Shown: positions 8,803 through 18,344 of the stretch, piece after piece
How positions within the stretch are numbered: the first letter of the stretch is position 1
How the letters are laid out: every line of letters starts with the position of its first letter
NCBI GenBank assembly: GCA_965214605.1
Contig: OZ243961.1
Location: 2,944,001 to 3,008,000 of the forward strand
DNA from: an uncultured Candidatus Binatia bacterium
Lineage (GTDB): Bacteria > Desulfobacterota > Binatia > Bin18
DNA: 64,000 bases
Direction: 5' to 3'
Notes under the pieces: generated by a model
Databases searched by the model: none
What the model was told of the DNA's origin: nothing
What the model saw: only the letters and a program-made list of their open reading frames with translations
Translations under genes and position numbers: made by a program

Positions 8803-11800
8803 GTGAGTCATATGAGTCTGACCAGTCTTTTGATCGCCAACAGAGGTGAGATCGCTATTCGTATTGCACGGGCCGCTGCCGAGCTAGGTCTACGGACCGT
8901 TGCCGTGTTTTCTGAGGACGACGCCCAATCGTTACATACCCGGAGGGCTGACGAAGCCCGTCCGCTCGGCGGGACAGGTCCGTCCGCCTACCTTGACGCT
9001 GAGCGTATCCTAGAGGTGGCTAAGCAGACGGGCTGTGAGGCCATTCATCCGGGCTACGGATTTCTGAGTGAAAACGCTGACTTTGCCCGCGGCTGCGCCG
9101 CCGCGGGTCTGACTTTTGTTGGACCGCGGCCGGAAATCCTTGAGCTGTTCGGCGATAAGGCTCGGGCCCGAGACCTGGCCGAGCGGTGTGAGGTGCCCGT
9201 TCTGCCGGGCACGCTGGAGCCGACGAGCCTGGAGGCGGCCGCAGAGTTTCTGGCTTCGCTGGGCGAGGGTGAAGCGCTGCTGATCAAAGCCGTGGCTGGT
9301 GGAGGTGGACGCGGGATGCGGACGGTGCGTCGTGCCAATGAGCTTGAGGAGGCCTATACGCGCTGCCAGTCCGAGGCAAAGACCGCGTTTGGGAATGGAG
9401 CGGTGTATGTGGAGCGACTGATCCCTCGCGCGCGACATATTGAAGTCCAGATCGTCGGCGACGGGTCCGGGGCGGTAAGCCATGTCTGGGAGCGGGAGTG
9501 TAGTATCCAGCGTCGGTATCAAAAGCTGGTCGAGATCGCGCCCAGCCCCGACCTACCGGCTCCACTGCGTGAGCAACTCATCGCTGCGGCTGTCAAGCTG
9601 GCGGAGACCGTTAAGTACAACAATCTTGGCACGTTTGAATTTCTGGTCGATGCCACGCCTGGGGAAGACGAAGCGGGGTACGCCTTCATTGAAACCAACG
9701 CCCGCCTGCAGGTCGAACATACCGTGACCGAGGAGGTGACCGGCGTTGATCTGGTTAAACTCCAACTCCAACTTGCGTCCGGACAGTCGCTCGGCAATCT
9801 CGCTTTTCAGCAGGCCGACGTCCCCGACCCGCGTGGATTTGCCCTCCAGGTCCGGATCAATATGGAGACCATGCAGGCCGATGGGAGTGCTCGGCCGGCC
9901 GGCGGGCTGCTCAGCACATTTGAAGTGCCCTCGGGCCCCGGCCTGCGCACCGATGCGTTCGGCTATGCGGGCTATCGTACCAATCCGCGCTTTGACTCTC
10001 TGCTGGCCAAGCTCATTGCCTCCTCACCGTCTCCAAGGTTTCGAGACGTGGTCACTCGCGCCTACCGCGGTCTGTGTGAGTTCAAGGTCGAGGGTGTGGC
10101 GACCAACCTGACGTTCTTGCAGAGCGTGCTGCGCCACTCCGATTTTGTGGCAAACCGAGTCTATACGCGCTTTGTGGAAGATCATATCGTCGACCTTGTT
10201 TCGCCTGAACAGACCCATCAACAGCTATTTTTCCCCCCTTCGTCGGCACCCGCCCAGAACGCAGAGCCAGCGCTGGCCGGGGTAAAGGTTGATGCCCGTG
10301 ATCCCTTGGCGGTGCTAGCTTTCGGTAAGACTGGAGGGGACGGGCAGGCGCCGACCACAAGCGCTGCGACAACGGTGGCGGAACCGGCGCTCCATATCGT
10401 TGGACCGGAGGGGAGTGTTGCGGTGAAAGCACCAATGCAGGGCACGATTGTCAGCCTAGATGTCCACGAGGGCGAGGCAGTCTACGCCGGTCAACAGCTG
10501 CTCATCATGGAAGCCATGAAGATGGAGCATGTCGTCGAGTCCGAACTGAGCGGCATCGTGCAACACCTCACGGTGGCTGAGGGGGATGCGGTCTACGAGG
10601 GTCACCCCCTGATTTTTATCGAAGAGGGCGAGGTCGATATGGCGGCCATCCAAGAACGGTCTGAGATCGACCTTGACTACATCCGCCCCGACCTCGCAGA
10701 GATCGTTGAACGGCACGAGCTTGGGCTCGACGCTGCGCGTCCCCAAGCCGTGGCTCGCCGCCGCAAGACCGGTCAGCGCACCAGCCGCGAGAATATCGAC
10801 GACCTGTGCGACTCGGACACCTTTGTGGAGTACGGCCCAATGGTCATCGCCGCCCAACGGCAACGCCGTTCGCTCGAAGATCTGATTAAAAACACGCCCG
10901 CCGACGGCATGATCGCCGGTGTTGGCAGCGTCAATGGTGAGCTGTTTAGAGACGAGAGAGCCCAATGCATTGTACTGGCCTACGATTACACCGTGCTGGC
11001 CGGCACCCAGGGTTTTAAGAACCATTACAAAAAGGATCGCATGTTCGAGCTGGCCGAGAAGTGGAGGCGGCCGGTTGTGTTCTTTGCCGAGGGCGGTGGT
11101 GGTCGCCCCGGCGACACTGACTGGTCGAGCCCGGCTGGCCTTGATGTCATGGCTTTTCACCTGTGGGGGAGACTGAGCGGTCTGGTACCGCTTGTTGGGG
11201 TGACCTCGGGCCGGTGCTTTGCCGGCAACGCGGTCATTCTGGGCTGTTGTGATGTGATTATTGCCACCCAGGGTTCCAATATCGGGATGGGCGGTCCGGC
11301 CATGATTGAGGGTGGCGGTTTGGGAGTGTTCCGTCCTGAAGATGTCGGGCCGATGGATGTGCAGGTCCCCAACGGAGTGGTCGATATCGCGGTTCAGGAT
11401 GAGACTGAGGCTGTCTGCGTGGCAAAGAAGTATCTGTCGTATTTCCAGGGCGCTCTGGCCGATTGGCGGTGCGCCGACCAGCGGCTGCTGCGCCGGATTG
11501 TCCCCGAGAACCGGCTACGGGTGTATGAAATCCGTGAGGTCATTGAGACGCTGGCCGACACCGACTCGGTTCTGGAGATCCGTCGTCACTTCGGCCTTGG
11601 CATGGTCACCGCCTTTGCTCGTATTGAGGGACGACCGATCGGGATTATTGCCAACAATCCCAAGCACTTGGGCGGCGCGATTGATAGTCAGGCGGCAGAC
11701 AAAGCCACACGTTTTATGCAGCTGTGCGATGCGTTTGATATTCCGATCCTGATGTTGTGCGATACCCCAGGTAATATGGTGGGACCCGAGGCCGAGAAAG

Positions 11801-12237
11801 ACGCGCTGGTGCGGCATTGCTGTCGGATGTTTGTGACCGGGTCAAGCATCAGCGTTCCCTTTTTCACTATTGTCCTGCGTAAATCCTATGGGTTGGGTGC
11901 CCAGGGCATGGCTGGCGGCAGTTTCAAAGCGCCCTTTTTCGCCGTCTCATGGCCGACCGGAGAGTTTGGCGGTATGGGATTAGAAGGGGCGGTCAAGCTC
12001 GGTTTCCGCAAAGAGCTGGCCGAACTTACCGATTCACACGAACGCAAGGAGCTGTATGACCATTTAGTCGCCAAGATGTACGAGAACGGCAAAGCCCTCA
12101 GCACGGCGACGTATTTCGAGATTGACGACGTGATCGACCCGGCTGAGTCGCGGCGGTGGATTACGGCTGCGCTGCGTTCCGTGCCACCCCCACCCGCCCG
12201 TGAGGGTAAGAAACGTCCGTGTGTGGATACCTGGTGA
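8803..12237 (+). CDS. Single-chain biotin-dependent acyl-CoA carboxylase (BC-BCCP-CT fusion)
   Basis: IANRGEIA, HPGYGFLSEN and RLQVEH (BC); EAMKM biotinylation site; carboxyltransferase domain with GGGGRPGD. Confidence 0.95.
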   Translation: MSHMSLTSLLIANRGEIAIRIARAAAELGLRTVAVFSEDDAQSLHTRRADEARPLGGTGPSAYLDAERILEVAKQTGCEAIHPGYGFLSENADFARGCAAAGLTFVGPRPEILELFGDKARARDLAERCEVPVLPGTLEPTSLEAAAEFLASLGEGEALLIKAVAGGGGRGMRTVRRANELEEAYTRCQSEAKTAFGNGAVYVERLIPRARHIEVQIVGDGSGAVSHVWERECSIQRRYQKLVEIAPSPDLPAPLREQLIAAAVKLAETVKYNNLGTFEFLVDATPGEDEAGYAFIETNARLQVEHTVTEEVTGVDLVKLQLQLASGQSLGNLAFQQADVPDPRGFALQVRINMETMQADGSARPAGGLLSTFEVPSGPGLRTDAFGYAGYRTNPRFDSLLAKLIASSPSPRFRDVVTRAYRGLCEFKVEGVATNLTFLQSVLRHSDFVANRVYTRFVEDHIVDLVSPEQTHQQLFFPPSSAPAQNAEPALAGVKVDARDPLAVLAFGKTGGDGQAPTTSAATTVAEPALHIVGPEGSVAVKAPMQGTIVSLDVHEGEAVYAGQQLLIMEAMKMEHVVESELSGIVQHLTVAEGDAVYEGHPLIFIEEGEVDMAAIQERSEIDLDYIRPDLAEIVERHELGLDAARPQAVARRRKTGQRTSRENIDDLCDSDTFVEYGPMVIAAQRQRRSLEDLIKNTPADGMIAGVGSVNGELFRDERAQCIVLAYDYTVLAGTQGFKNHYKKDRMFELAEKWRRPVVFFAEGGGGRPGDTDWSSPAGLDVMAFHLWGRLSGLVPLVGVTSGRCFAGNAVILGCCDVIIATQGSNIGMGGPAMIEGGGLGVFRPEDVGPMDVQVPNGVVDIAVQDETEAVCVAKKYLSYFQGALADWRCADQRLLRRIVPENRLRVYEIREVIETLADTDSVLEIRRHFGLGMVTAFARIEGRPIGIIANNPKHLGGAIDSQAADKATRFMQLCDAFDIPILMLCDTPGNMVGPEAEKDALVRHCCRMFVTGSSISVPFFTIVLRKSYGLGAQGMAGGSFKAPFFAVSWPTGEFGGMGLEGAVKLGFRKELAELTDSHERKELYDHLVAKMYENGKALSTATYFEIDDVIDPAESRRWITAALRSVPPPPAREGKKRPCVDTW

Positions 12238-12311
12238 GGGGGTGGAAATGCGGCTATCCGGCCCGAAGCACGCCGTCCGCATCTCCTGATGACCAGATGA
12301 GGCTGTCCGTC

Positions 12312-13094
12312 TTAGCGACCCACAAAGTTTCCCGGCCGCCGCTCGGCTACCGCTCTGATCCCCTCTTTGTGATCCTCGGTTTGCTGCAGCCAGTGCTGCT
12401 CTTTAAACTCGCGGTCGGTGGCCTGCTTAATCGCGGCGGCGAGCGAGCCGCGCATGGTCGCCCGCACCGACTGGACGGCCAGAGGTGCACTTTCGGCAAT
12501 CTCTTTGGCTAGTGCGACGGCCGCACTGCGGACCTGACTGTTTTCGGTCAGCACGTCGCCCATCCCCCAGGCATAGGCTTCCTCACCACCGATCCGGCGT
12601 CCGGTATAAAACATGAGGTTTGCACGCTGTTCGCCAATCAAACGCGGCAGCGTATAGGTGAGTCCAAAACCTGGATGAAAGCCGAGTTTGGTAAAATTTG
12701 CCGAAAAGCGCGTCTCTGGACAGACCACCCGAAAGTCGGGCATCAGGGCCAGCCCAAAGCCACCGCCGATCGCTGCGCCCTGAATAGCCCCTACAACCGG
12801 TTTTTTGCAGGCAAACAGACGCACGGCCTGGGCGTACAGCGGGTTGCCGCTTTCGACATTGCGTAAATCTCGCTCGGCCTGACCTGTATGAAAATTCGCA
12901 CCCGCACAGAAATGCTTTCCCTGGGCGGCCAGCACGCTGACGCGGCAGTGAGGCTCGGCATCCAAAGCCTCAAACGCGCTCGCCAGCGAACGAATGAGAT
13001 CGGTATCAAAGAAATTGTTGGGTGGTCGCTGAATCTCAACTGTGGCAACATGGTCGGCCAGGCTCACTTCAACGTCTCCGTAGCGTGCTTCCAT
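12312..13094 (-). CDS. Enoyl-CoA hydratase/isomerase family protein
   Basis: FCAGA, GAAIGGG and LGFHPGFG crotonase motifs. Confidence 0.92.
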   Translation of the reverse strand: MEARYGDVEVSLADHVATVEIQRPPNNFFDTDLIRSLASAFEALDAEPHCRVSVLAAQGKHFCAGANFHTGQAERDLRNVESGNPLYAQAVRLFACKKPVVGAIQGAAIGGGFGLALMPDFRVVCPETRFSANFTKLGFHPGFGLTYTLPRLIGEQRANLMFYTGRRIGGEEAYAWGMGDVLTENSQVRSAAVALAKEIAESAPLAVQSVRATMRGSLAAAIKQATDREFKEQHWLQQTEDHKEGIRAVAERRPGNFVGR

Positions 13095-13197
13095 TAGTGC
13101 TCTCCTCTGCGGGTGGTCTCTCAGCCGTATGCTATGGGGTTGTCTAGCATAATCCGCTCCCTATAGCTATTCTTGGTGTTCTATGTAAGGAGTGCGT

Positions 13198-13655
13198 ATG
13201 TATGATTTAACCGCTATGGGCCAGGCTGTCGGCGCCCTGCTCAAGGAGGACAAACAGACTATTGCGGTCGCCGAGTCGTCGGCCGGGGGCCTGATCTCAG
13301 CCGCTCTGCCGGCCGTGCCCGGCGCCTCAGCGTATTTTGTTGGTGGCAGGGTAAAATCTATACCCTTGAGGCCAGACGAATCTTGCTCGGGTTATCGGAT
13401 GATACCTTTGCCGGCCTACGGCCGAGCAGCGCACAGTGCGCACTGCATATGGCACGGGCGGTGAGGGACTATGTCGGGACGACTTGGGGACTGAGCGAGA
13501 CCGGAGCGACCGGCCCGACCGGTAATCGCTATGGGGACGGGGCCGGTCATGCCTGTATTGCCATTGCCGGCCCGGTCGAACACATGTTCACGATTGAAAC
13601 CCGTCGCTCCGGTTGGCCAATATGTGGACGTTCACCCGGGCGGTCAAAAGGCATG
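13198..13655 (+). pseudogene. Frameshifted CinA C-terminal domain / NMN deamidase (PncC-like)
   Basis: IAVAESSAGGLI..VPGASAYFVGG in one frame; IYTLEARR..SETGATGP in another. Shift near 13355, second disruption near 13610. Confidence 0.8.
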
Positions 13656-13730
13656 AAGGAAGAAGGAGCAGAGCAATGATGAAGCAAATAGAGGAAGGAA
13701 GAAGGAGCAGAGCGATGATGAAGCAAATAG
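13655..13730 (+). repeat. Tandem duplication with a 39-bp period (37-bp copies, 1 mismatch) containing an RBS and start codon
   Basis: GAAGGAAGAAGGAGCAGAGC(A/G)ATGATGAAGCAAATAG at 13655-13691 and 13694-13730. Confidence 0.95.
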
Positions 13731-14224
13731 GGACGGGTGTCATGGTGGTGGTGAGTCTTTGCTTTCTCTCGTCGGCCGCGGCTCAAGCCCCGGGGGTGCC
13801 GTTTGGGCTTGGCAGTGATAATCCAGCTTCCGACAACGCCCGGACGCCCTTTCAGGTCCGCTTCAAAGGATTTATTAATTCACGGCCCGATGCCGACAGC
13901 CTGGCCGTTGTCAGCCTAGGTATCGCTAAATACAGCGCGACCTACCAGTTCGAGGTGATCGATGTTCAAGCCGTTAACCTGCCCGAACACATTGTTTCCT
14001 CCCGCCATATTCTCCAACAGGCAGGCAAGCACCATGTCGACTATAACGTTGTCGGCCCAACGGAGTTGCTGTCTAAAATCTCCCAAGCGCCGCCCGGAAC
14101 GCCGCTTCAGATAGAAGGCATGTTCCAACAGCGCAGGCGCAAGCTCATCCTCCAACGGGTTGATGTGGTGGACATCGTACGCAAGGGCGAGCTGACCAAG
14201 AAGGCGGAGCAACCGCAGTCGTGA
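13715..14224 (+). CDS. Secreted hypothetical protein
   Basis: AGGAG RBS; signal peptide MMKQIGTGVMVVVSLCFLSSAAA-Q. Confidence 0.7.
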   Translation: MMKQIGTGVMVVVSLCFLSSAAAQAPGVPFGLGSDNPASDNARTPFQVRFKGFINSRPDADSLAVVSLGIAKYSATYQFEVIDVQAVNLPEHIVSSRHILQQAGKHHVDYNVVGPTELLSKISQAPPGTPLQIEGMFQQRRRKLILQRVDVVDIVRKGELTKKAEQPQS

Positions 14225-14278
14225 GGGAAGACCCAGCTGGGCCAGTGGCGTTTCAGCCCGGCGCAGCGGGGGCTTTCA

Positions 14279-15238
14279 TCAGCAAGTCCGCTTCTCGTGG
14301 CCCGGCAGAAGGAAGCCGACTCCCCAGCTCAAATGAATCGTCGCCAGCACCAGGGGAACAAGGACGGCGGCGGAGTCGCGGCGACGTAAACCGAGAATCA
14401 GCGATCCGATAACAAGGGTCAGCAGGTAGACTAGGGGCACAACCGACGCGGCCAGAAACGCTCCAGCCAAGCCCAGTACAGCGGAAACCACCAGGCCCAG
14501 CACGAGCAGTGGAGCAGCAAGTTGTCTGGCCCGTAGAGAGGTGGGATGGGCTCTCAGCATGGCTGACTTCGCACGACCGTAGGCGAGGTACTGCTCCGCT
14601 AACGTCCGCAGGGTGCCGCGTGGCCGGTAGGAAACCTTCAACTTAGGGTCGAACCACACGGTTTCTCCTTGCTGGCGTAGTCGCCAGTTGAGTTCATAGT
14701 CCTCGTTGATGAACATCGTGGGCTCGAATCCTCTCACGGTTTCCAACCGCTTTCGATTCCAAACACCGAGATAGACGGTGTCGGTTGGGCCCTCAGGACC
14801 CCCTACACGGTAGCGGGCACCGCCCGTCCCAAGAAATGTGGTGGTCGCCAGCGCCACCGCCCGTTCAAACCTCGTAGTCCCGACTGGCTGCTGCCGACCG
14901 CCAACATTGGCGGCGCCCGTTCGTCTGAGCGTAGCGACGGCCTGTCGCACATAGCTTGGCGGTAACACAGCGGCGCTATCGCAACGCACGATAATCTCCC
15001 CTGTGGCTATCTGCAGCGCATGGTTCAGGCCAGACGGAGTGATACGTTCCGGGTTTGATACTCTTCGCACCTTCGGATAACACCGGCGGATCATATCCGC
15101 GGTGGCCGTCGTGTCGGAGCCGTCGGCGATGATCACTTCAATCGGGCCCCGGTAGTCCTGGCTGAACACCGAATTGAGGCTAATGGGAAGGGTTGCCTCA
15201 GCATTCCTCGTCGGGATGATTACCGATACTTTCTGCAT
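14279..15238 (-). CDS. Glycosyltransferase family 2 (ExoA-like)
   Basis: VSVIIP, IIADGS, NEDYELNWR motifs; C-terminal TM helices. Confidence 0.92.
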   Translation of the reverse strand: MQKVSVIIPTRNAEATLPISLNSVFSQDYRGPIEVIIADGSDTTATADMIRRCYPKVRRVSNPERITPSGLNHALQIATGEIIVRCDSAAVLPPSYVRQAVATLRRTGAANVGGRQQPVGTTRFERAVALATTTFLGTGGARYRVGGPEGPTDTVYLGVWNRKRLETVRGFEPTMFINEDYELNWRLRQQGETVWFDPKLKVSYRPRGTLRTLAEQYLAYGRAKSAMLRAHPTSLRARQLAAPLLVLGLVVSAVLGLAGAFLAASVVPLVYLLTLVIGSLILGLRRRDSAAVLVPLVLATIHLSWGVGFLLPGHEKRTC

Positions 15239-15279
15239 GTTCGTGTAGGGACTTGTCAGAAGCGGGTTCTGACTCTCGT

Positions 15280-16449
15280 TTAGCTACAGGGCGGGCGCGC
15301 GATTTGCACATACATGTCACAGAGTCGCCGAACTACAACGTTATACTCATATTCCCGTAATGCTTTCTGCCGGTTGTAGCGTCCCATGCGACTTCTCAGT
15401 GCAGGCTCATCACGCAGACGGGCCAGCACCTCAGCATAATCGGCCACATCGTTGGAAGCGATCAGCCAGCCACCTTGTGGAACGTCTATCATCTCCGGCA
15501 GCGCGCCGACGGAGGACGCTACGACTGGTAAACCGACCGCCATTGCCTCTGCCACGCTGTTGGGAAAACCATCAAACTTGAACGTGGACGGAAACAGAAA
15601 GACATCGTTTTCCGTCAGCATCGTAAGGACTTCGCGATTTGTCACCGGGCCTAAGACCTGTACCCGACCCTCGAGGCCGCGTTGCCGGATGTGACGCAGG
15701 AGGTGGGCGCGGGATGCGTCTGGAGCGCCGCCCACGAGTTGAAAGCGTGCGTCAGGCAGGCGGCGGGCGATTTCAACAATCGTATGCACGCCTTTGGCTT
15801 CAATGAGTGCACCGGTGAAGATGACCCGCAGGGGTTGCTGAGGCGTGGTATTGGGGAGAGGTTTGGGAATTGTACAGAAGTCCACAAAGTTCGGCATGAG
15901 CGGGCAGGTTTTGGGTGCGAAGTCGCCTAATTCCAAGATGGCGCGGTAGCTTGGCTGTCCCAGAGCCAGAATCTGCGCCGCGCCAGCGAACAGAGTCCGG
16001 TAGGCCTGTCGGTAGAAGCGCGCCGTGGGACTGTTGCTGGGGGGAACGGCGAATGTCCCACGCAGATGCACGATGTAGGGCACTCCGGCCCACCTGGCAA
16101 TGAGAGCAGAGGCCAGGTTGCGGGGTGCGCCGGTGAGCGTCAGAAAACAATTGAGGTGCATGACAGAAAAGCACTCGGAAGCCAGCGCGCGATATATTTG
16201 GCTCAAGATTCGCAGGTTGCGTTTGGCCTCGGTCGGGTTCAGTCTTGGTGGCGCGGCTTGATGACCGCGAGACGCTCTTGTGTCGACAAGTTCAAGAGTG
16301 AAGGGTGCAGGCAATCCGCGTTCGCACAAGGTCTGTGTCCAGGTCTCTATCCCCCCGGGTGGTGGCGGGAGTGGCGACACGAGCAGCACCCTGATCGGAT
16401 GTCCCGCTTCGACCCGATACGACGGCGAGGTATGGGCCGGCCTTGTCAT
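15280..16449 (-). CDS. Glycosyltransferase family 4
   Basis: PPPGGI, KG and EAMAVGLPVV motifs; ATGA overlap with the upstream gene. Confidence 0.9.
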   Translation of the reverse strand: MTRPAHTSPSYRVEAGHPIRVLLVSPLPPPPGGIETWTQTLCERGLPAPFTLELVDTRASRGHQAAPPRLNPTEAKRNLRILSQIYRALASECFSVMHLNCFLTLTGAPRNLASALIARWAGVPYIVHLRGTFAVPPSNSPTARFYRQAYRTLFAGAAQILALGQPSYRAILELGDFAPKTCPLMPNFVDFCTIPKPLPNTTPQQPLRVIFTGALIEAKGVHTIVEIARRLPDARFQLVGGAPDASRAHLLRHIRQRGLEGRVQVLGPVTNREVLTMLTENDVFLFPSTFKFDGFPNSVAEAMAVGLPVVASSVGALPEMIDVPQGGWLIASNDVADYAEVLARLRDEPALRSRMGRYNRQKALREYEYNVVVRRLCDMYVQIARPPCS

Positions 16450-18344
16450 GGCTGTGACATCTCTTCTGCCGCTTTCTGAGCGGCTGTTATTCGCTGGAGG
16501 CTGAACGCCAGCCCAATCTGGATGAAGTGACCCCAATCGCGCACGAACGGCCCTTCATCATGCATGAGACCGGTGATGACGTAGGCGCCTAGCGATCCGA
16601 TAATGGCGGCGAGGAGAAAAGAGAGGGCCGTATCTCGCGAGGCGAGGATAAATTTACCAGAGTCAACCAACGACGAAGACACCAGCACATAGAAGAGAAT
16701 GGCCAAGATAAAGGCGAGAAATCCATAATGCACGAGAAGGTTCAGCAATTGATTATGTGGCCAGAAGCCGGAGAGAATCTTGGCCGCGAGTTGCTGCTCT
16801 GTATCTGGGGCGAGGTGGAATGCTGTTGGAAGGTATTTGCCTGTTCCAAAGGGAAAATCTAGAGCGTACTGGAATGCCGCAATCATCATGGGTATACGGC
16901 GTTGAGCCGACCTGTTACCAGCTATTGTCCAGAGACGCGGATTCAGAGCTACCTTTTTATCAAAAAAATAGAGAGACATCTGCGCTGCAACCAACTGCTC
17001 GTCAACGGCCTTGGAGACAGACTGTTGGCTGTTGTCGGCAGTGGGGATGAAGTCACGCCACGGCCGCCACTCCGTTACGATATCGGCTCTTTGCAGCCGG
17101 AACTGGTAGCCGATGGTCTCTGCCGGGGCGTTGGGTTCGTGCCAGGCTAGCGCTAAGCTCTCGGAGTAGGCCGTATCCGGGTGCGTTTTGGCGGTAATCG
17201 GGGAGCTTGCCGGTCCGTATCTGCGGGGGTGGAGGAGGTAGGCGCGCAGCTGTACCGTGTACCTCCTCCATGGAGGTAGATGCTTAAATGTGTGCTTGAT
17301 GATCGGACGGTCGCGATGCTTGGTGCGGTCATCGCGACCGGCGCTGAGGCCGGTAATAGCCAAGTCGTCGCGGTCATGAGCATCGGCGGCCGTTGACGCT
17401 GGCTTGGTGATATCGTTGACGACGCTGACCAAGGTGTTCACGTTAACTACGGGATTGAAACAGACGATCAGCCAGACTGCGATCGCCAGGACACTGAAGA
17501 TCGCTCGTCGGAAAATCTGCCGTACCTTTATGGTCATCAAGATGATGAGAAGGGTGCTGACCAACACGCCGAGAGTAGCTGAGCGAGTGGCGTTTGTGAG
17601 GAGCGCCATTATCAGAACCATCAGCATGACATACAGGGCCACGTTGAACAGCATCCGGGATGTCTTGCCTTGTTTGAACGGTTGGTACAGGAGCATCGCA
17701 AAAGCCATCGGTATGGTGGCAGCAAGCTGATAGCTGAAGGAAATCGTACCCGAGCTCAGTCCCGCTGTTCTGCCCTCGGACAAAATTCTCCATAGACTGC
17801 TATCTCTCACGGTGGCAGTATCCAGCCAGATACCCAGGAAAGGGTCGCCTATGAAGAGTATGAGGAGGCCAAACAGGGCGGACACAAAAACTGCCAAGAC
17901 GGTGGTCCATATCAGGAGCGTAGCTCTGCGAACGCTGTCCACGAACAGATAGACCGGGGCCAGCAAGGCTATGCCCAATGCCAACTGCCCCAGTATCACC
18001 GGTCGGAATGTATTGGTGAACATATGGACCGTCAGCGCCCACGCCAGCACGAGCGATGACACTGCAACAATCGGAATGATCGGGCGGAAGTCCTTGATGA
18101 GGGTGGGGAGGAGAGCCGAGGGGGGGGGGAGTCGGACAGCGCTCAGCAGCATAGAGGTCAGTGTCAGGAAGACCACGGCGACGGCGAGGATGACATTCGG
18201 TCCGCCCCACGGCAGCGGAGCACTCGCGAGCCAGATATGGGAGAAGATGGTCGCCAATAGCAGGGCGAATATTAGCTGCGATAGCGAGCCATGTTGGGGA
18301 AGAGAGAAGAGTCGGGCCGTCTTTGAGGAGGTAGTGCTCAACAT
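16446..18344 (-). CDS. O-antigen ligase/polymerase (WaaL/Wzy)-like membrane protein with an FN3-like insert
   Basis: About 12 TM segments; TNATRSA, PFGTG and PHNQLLNLLVHYG (Wzy_C-type HN motif); lies among glycosyltransferases. Confidence 0.8.
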   Translation of the reverse strand: MLSTTSSKTARLFSLPQHGSLSQLIFALLLATIFSHIWLASAPLPWGGPNVILAVAVVFLTLTSMLLSAVRLPPPSALLPTLIKDFRPIIPIVAVSSLVLAWALTVHMFTNTFRPVILGQLALGIALLAPVYLFVDSVRRATLLIWTTVLAVFVSALFGLLILFIGDPFLGIWLDTATVRDSSLWRILSEGRTAGLSSGTISFSYQLAATIPMAFAMLLYQPFKQGKTSRMLFNVALYVMLMVLIMALLTNATRSATLGVLVSTLLIILMTIKVRQIFRRAIFSVLAIAVWLIVCFNPVVNVNTLVSVVNDITKPASTAADAHDRDDLAITGLSAGRDDRTKHRDRPIIKHTFKHLPPWRRYTVQLRAYLLHPRRYGPASSPITAKTHPDTAYSESLALAWHEPNAPAETIGYQFRLQRADIVTEWRPWRDFIPTADNSQQSVSKAVDEQLVAAQMSLYFFDKKVALNPRLWTIAGNRSAQRRIPMMIAAFQYALDFPFGTGKYLPTAFHLAPDTEQQLAAKILSGFWPHNQLLNLLVHYGFLAFILAILFYVLVSSSLVDSGKFILASRDTALSFLLAAIIGSLGAYVITGLMHDEGPFVRDWGHFIQIGLAFSLQRITAAQKAAEEMSQP

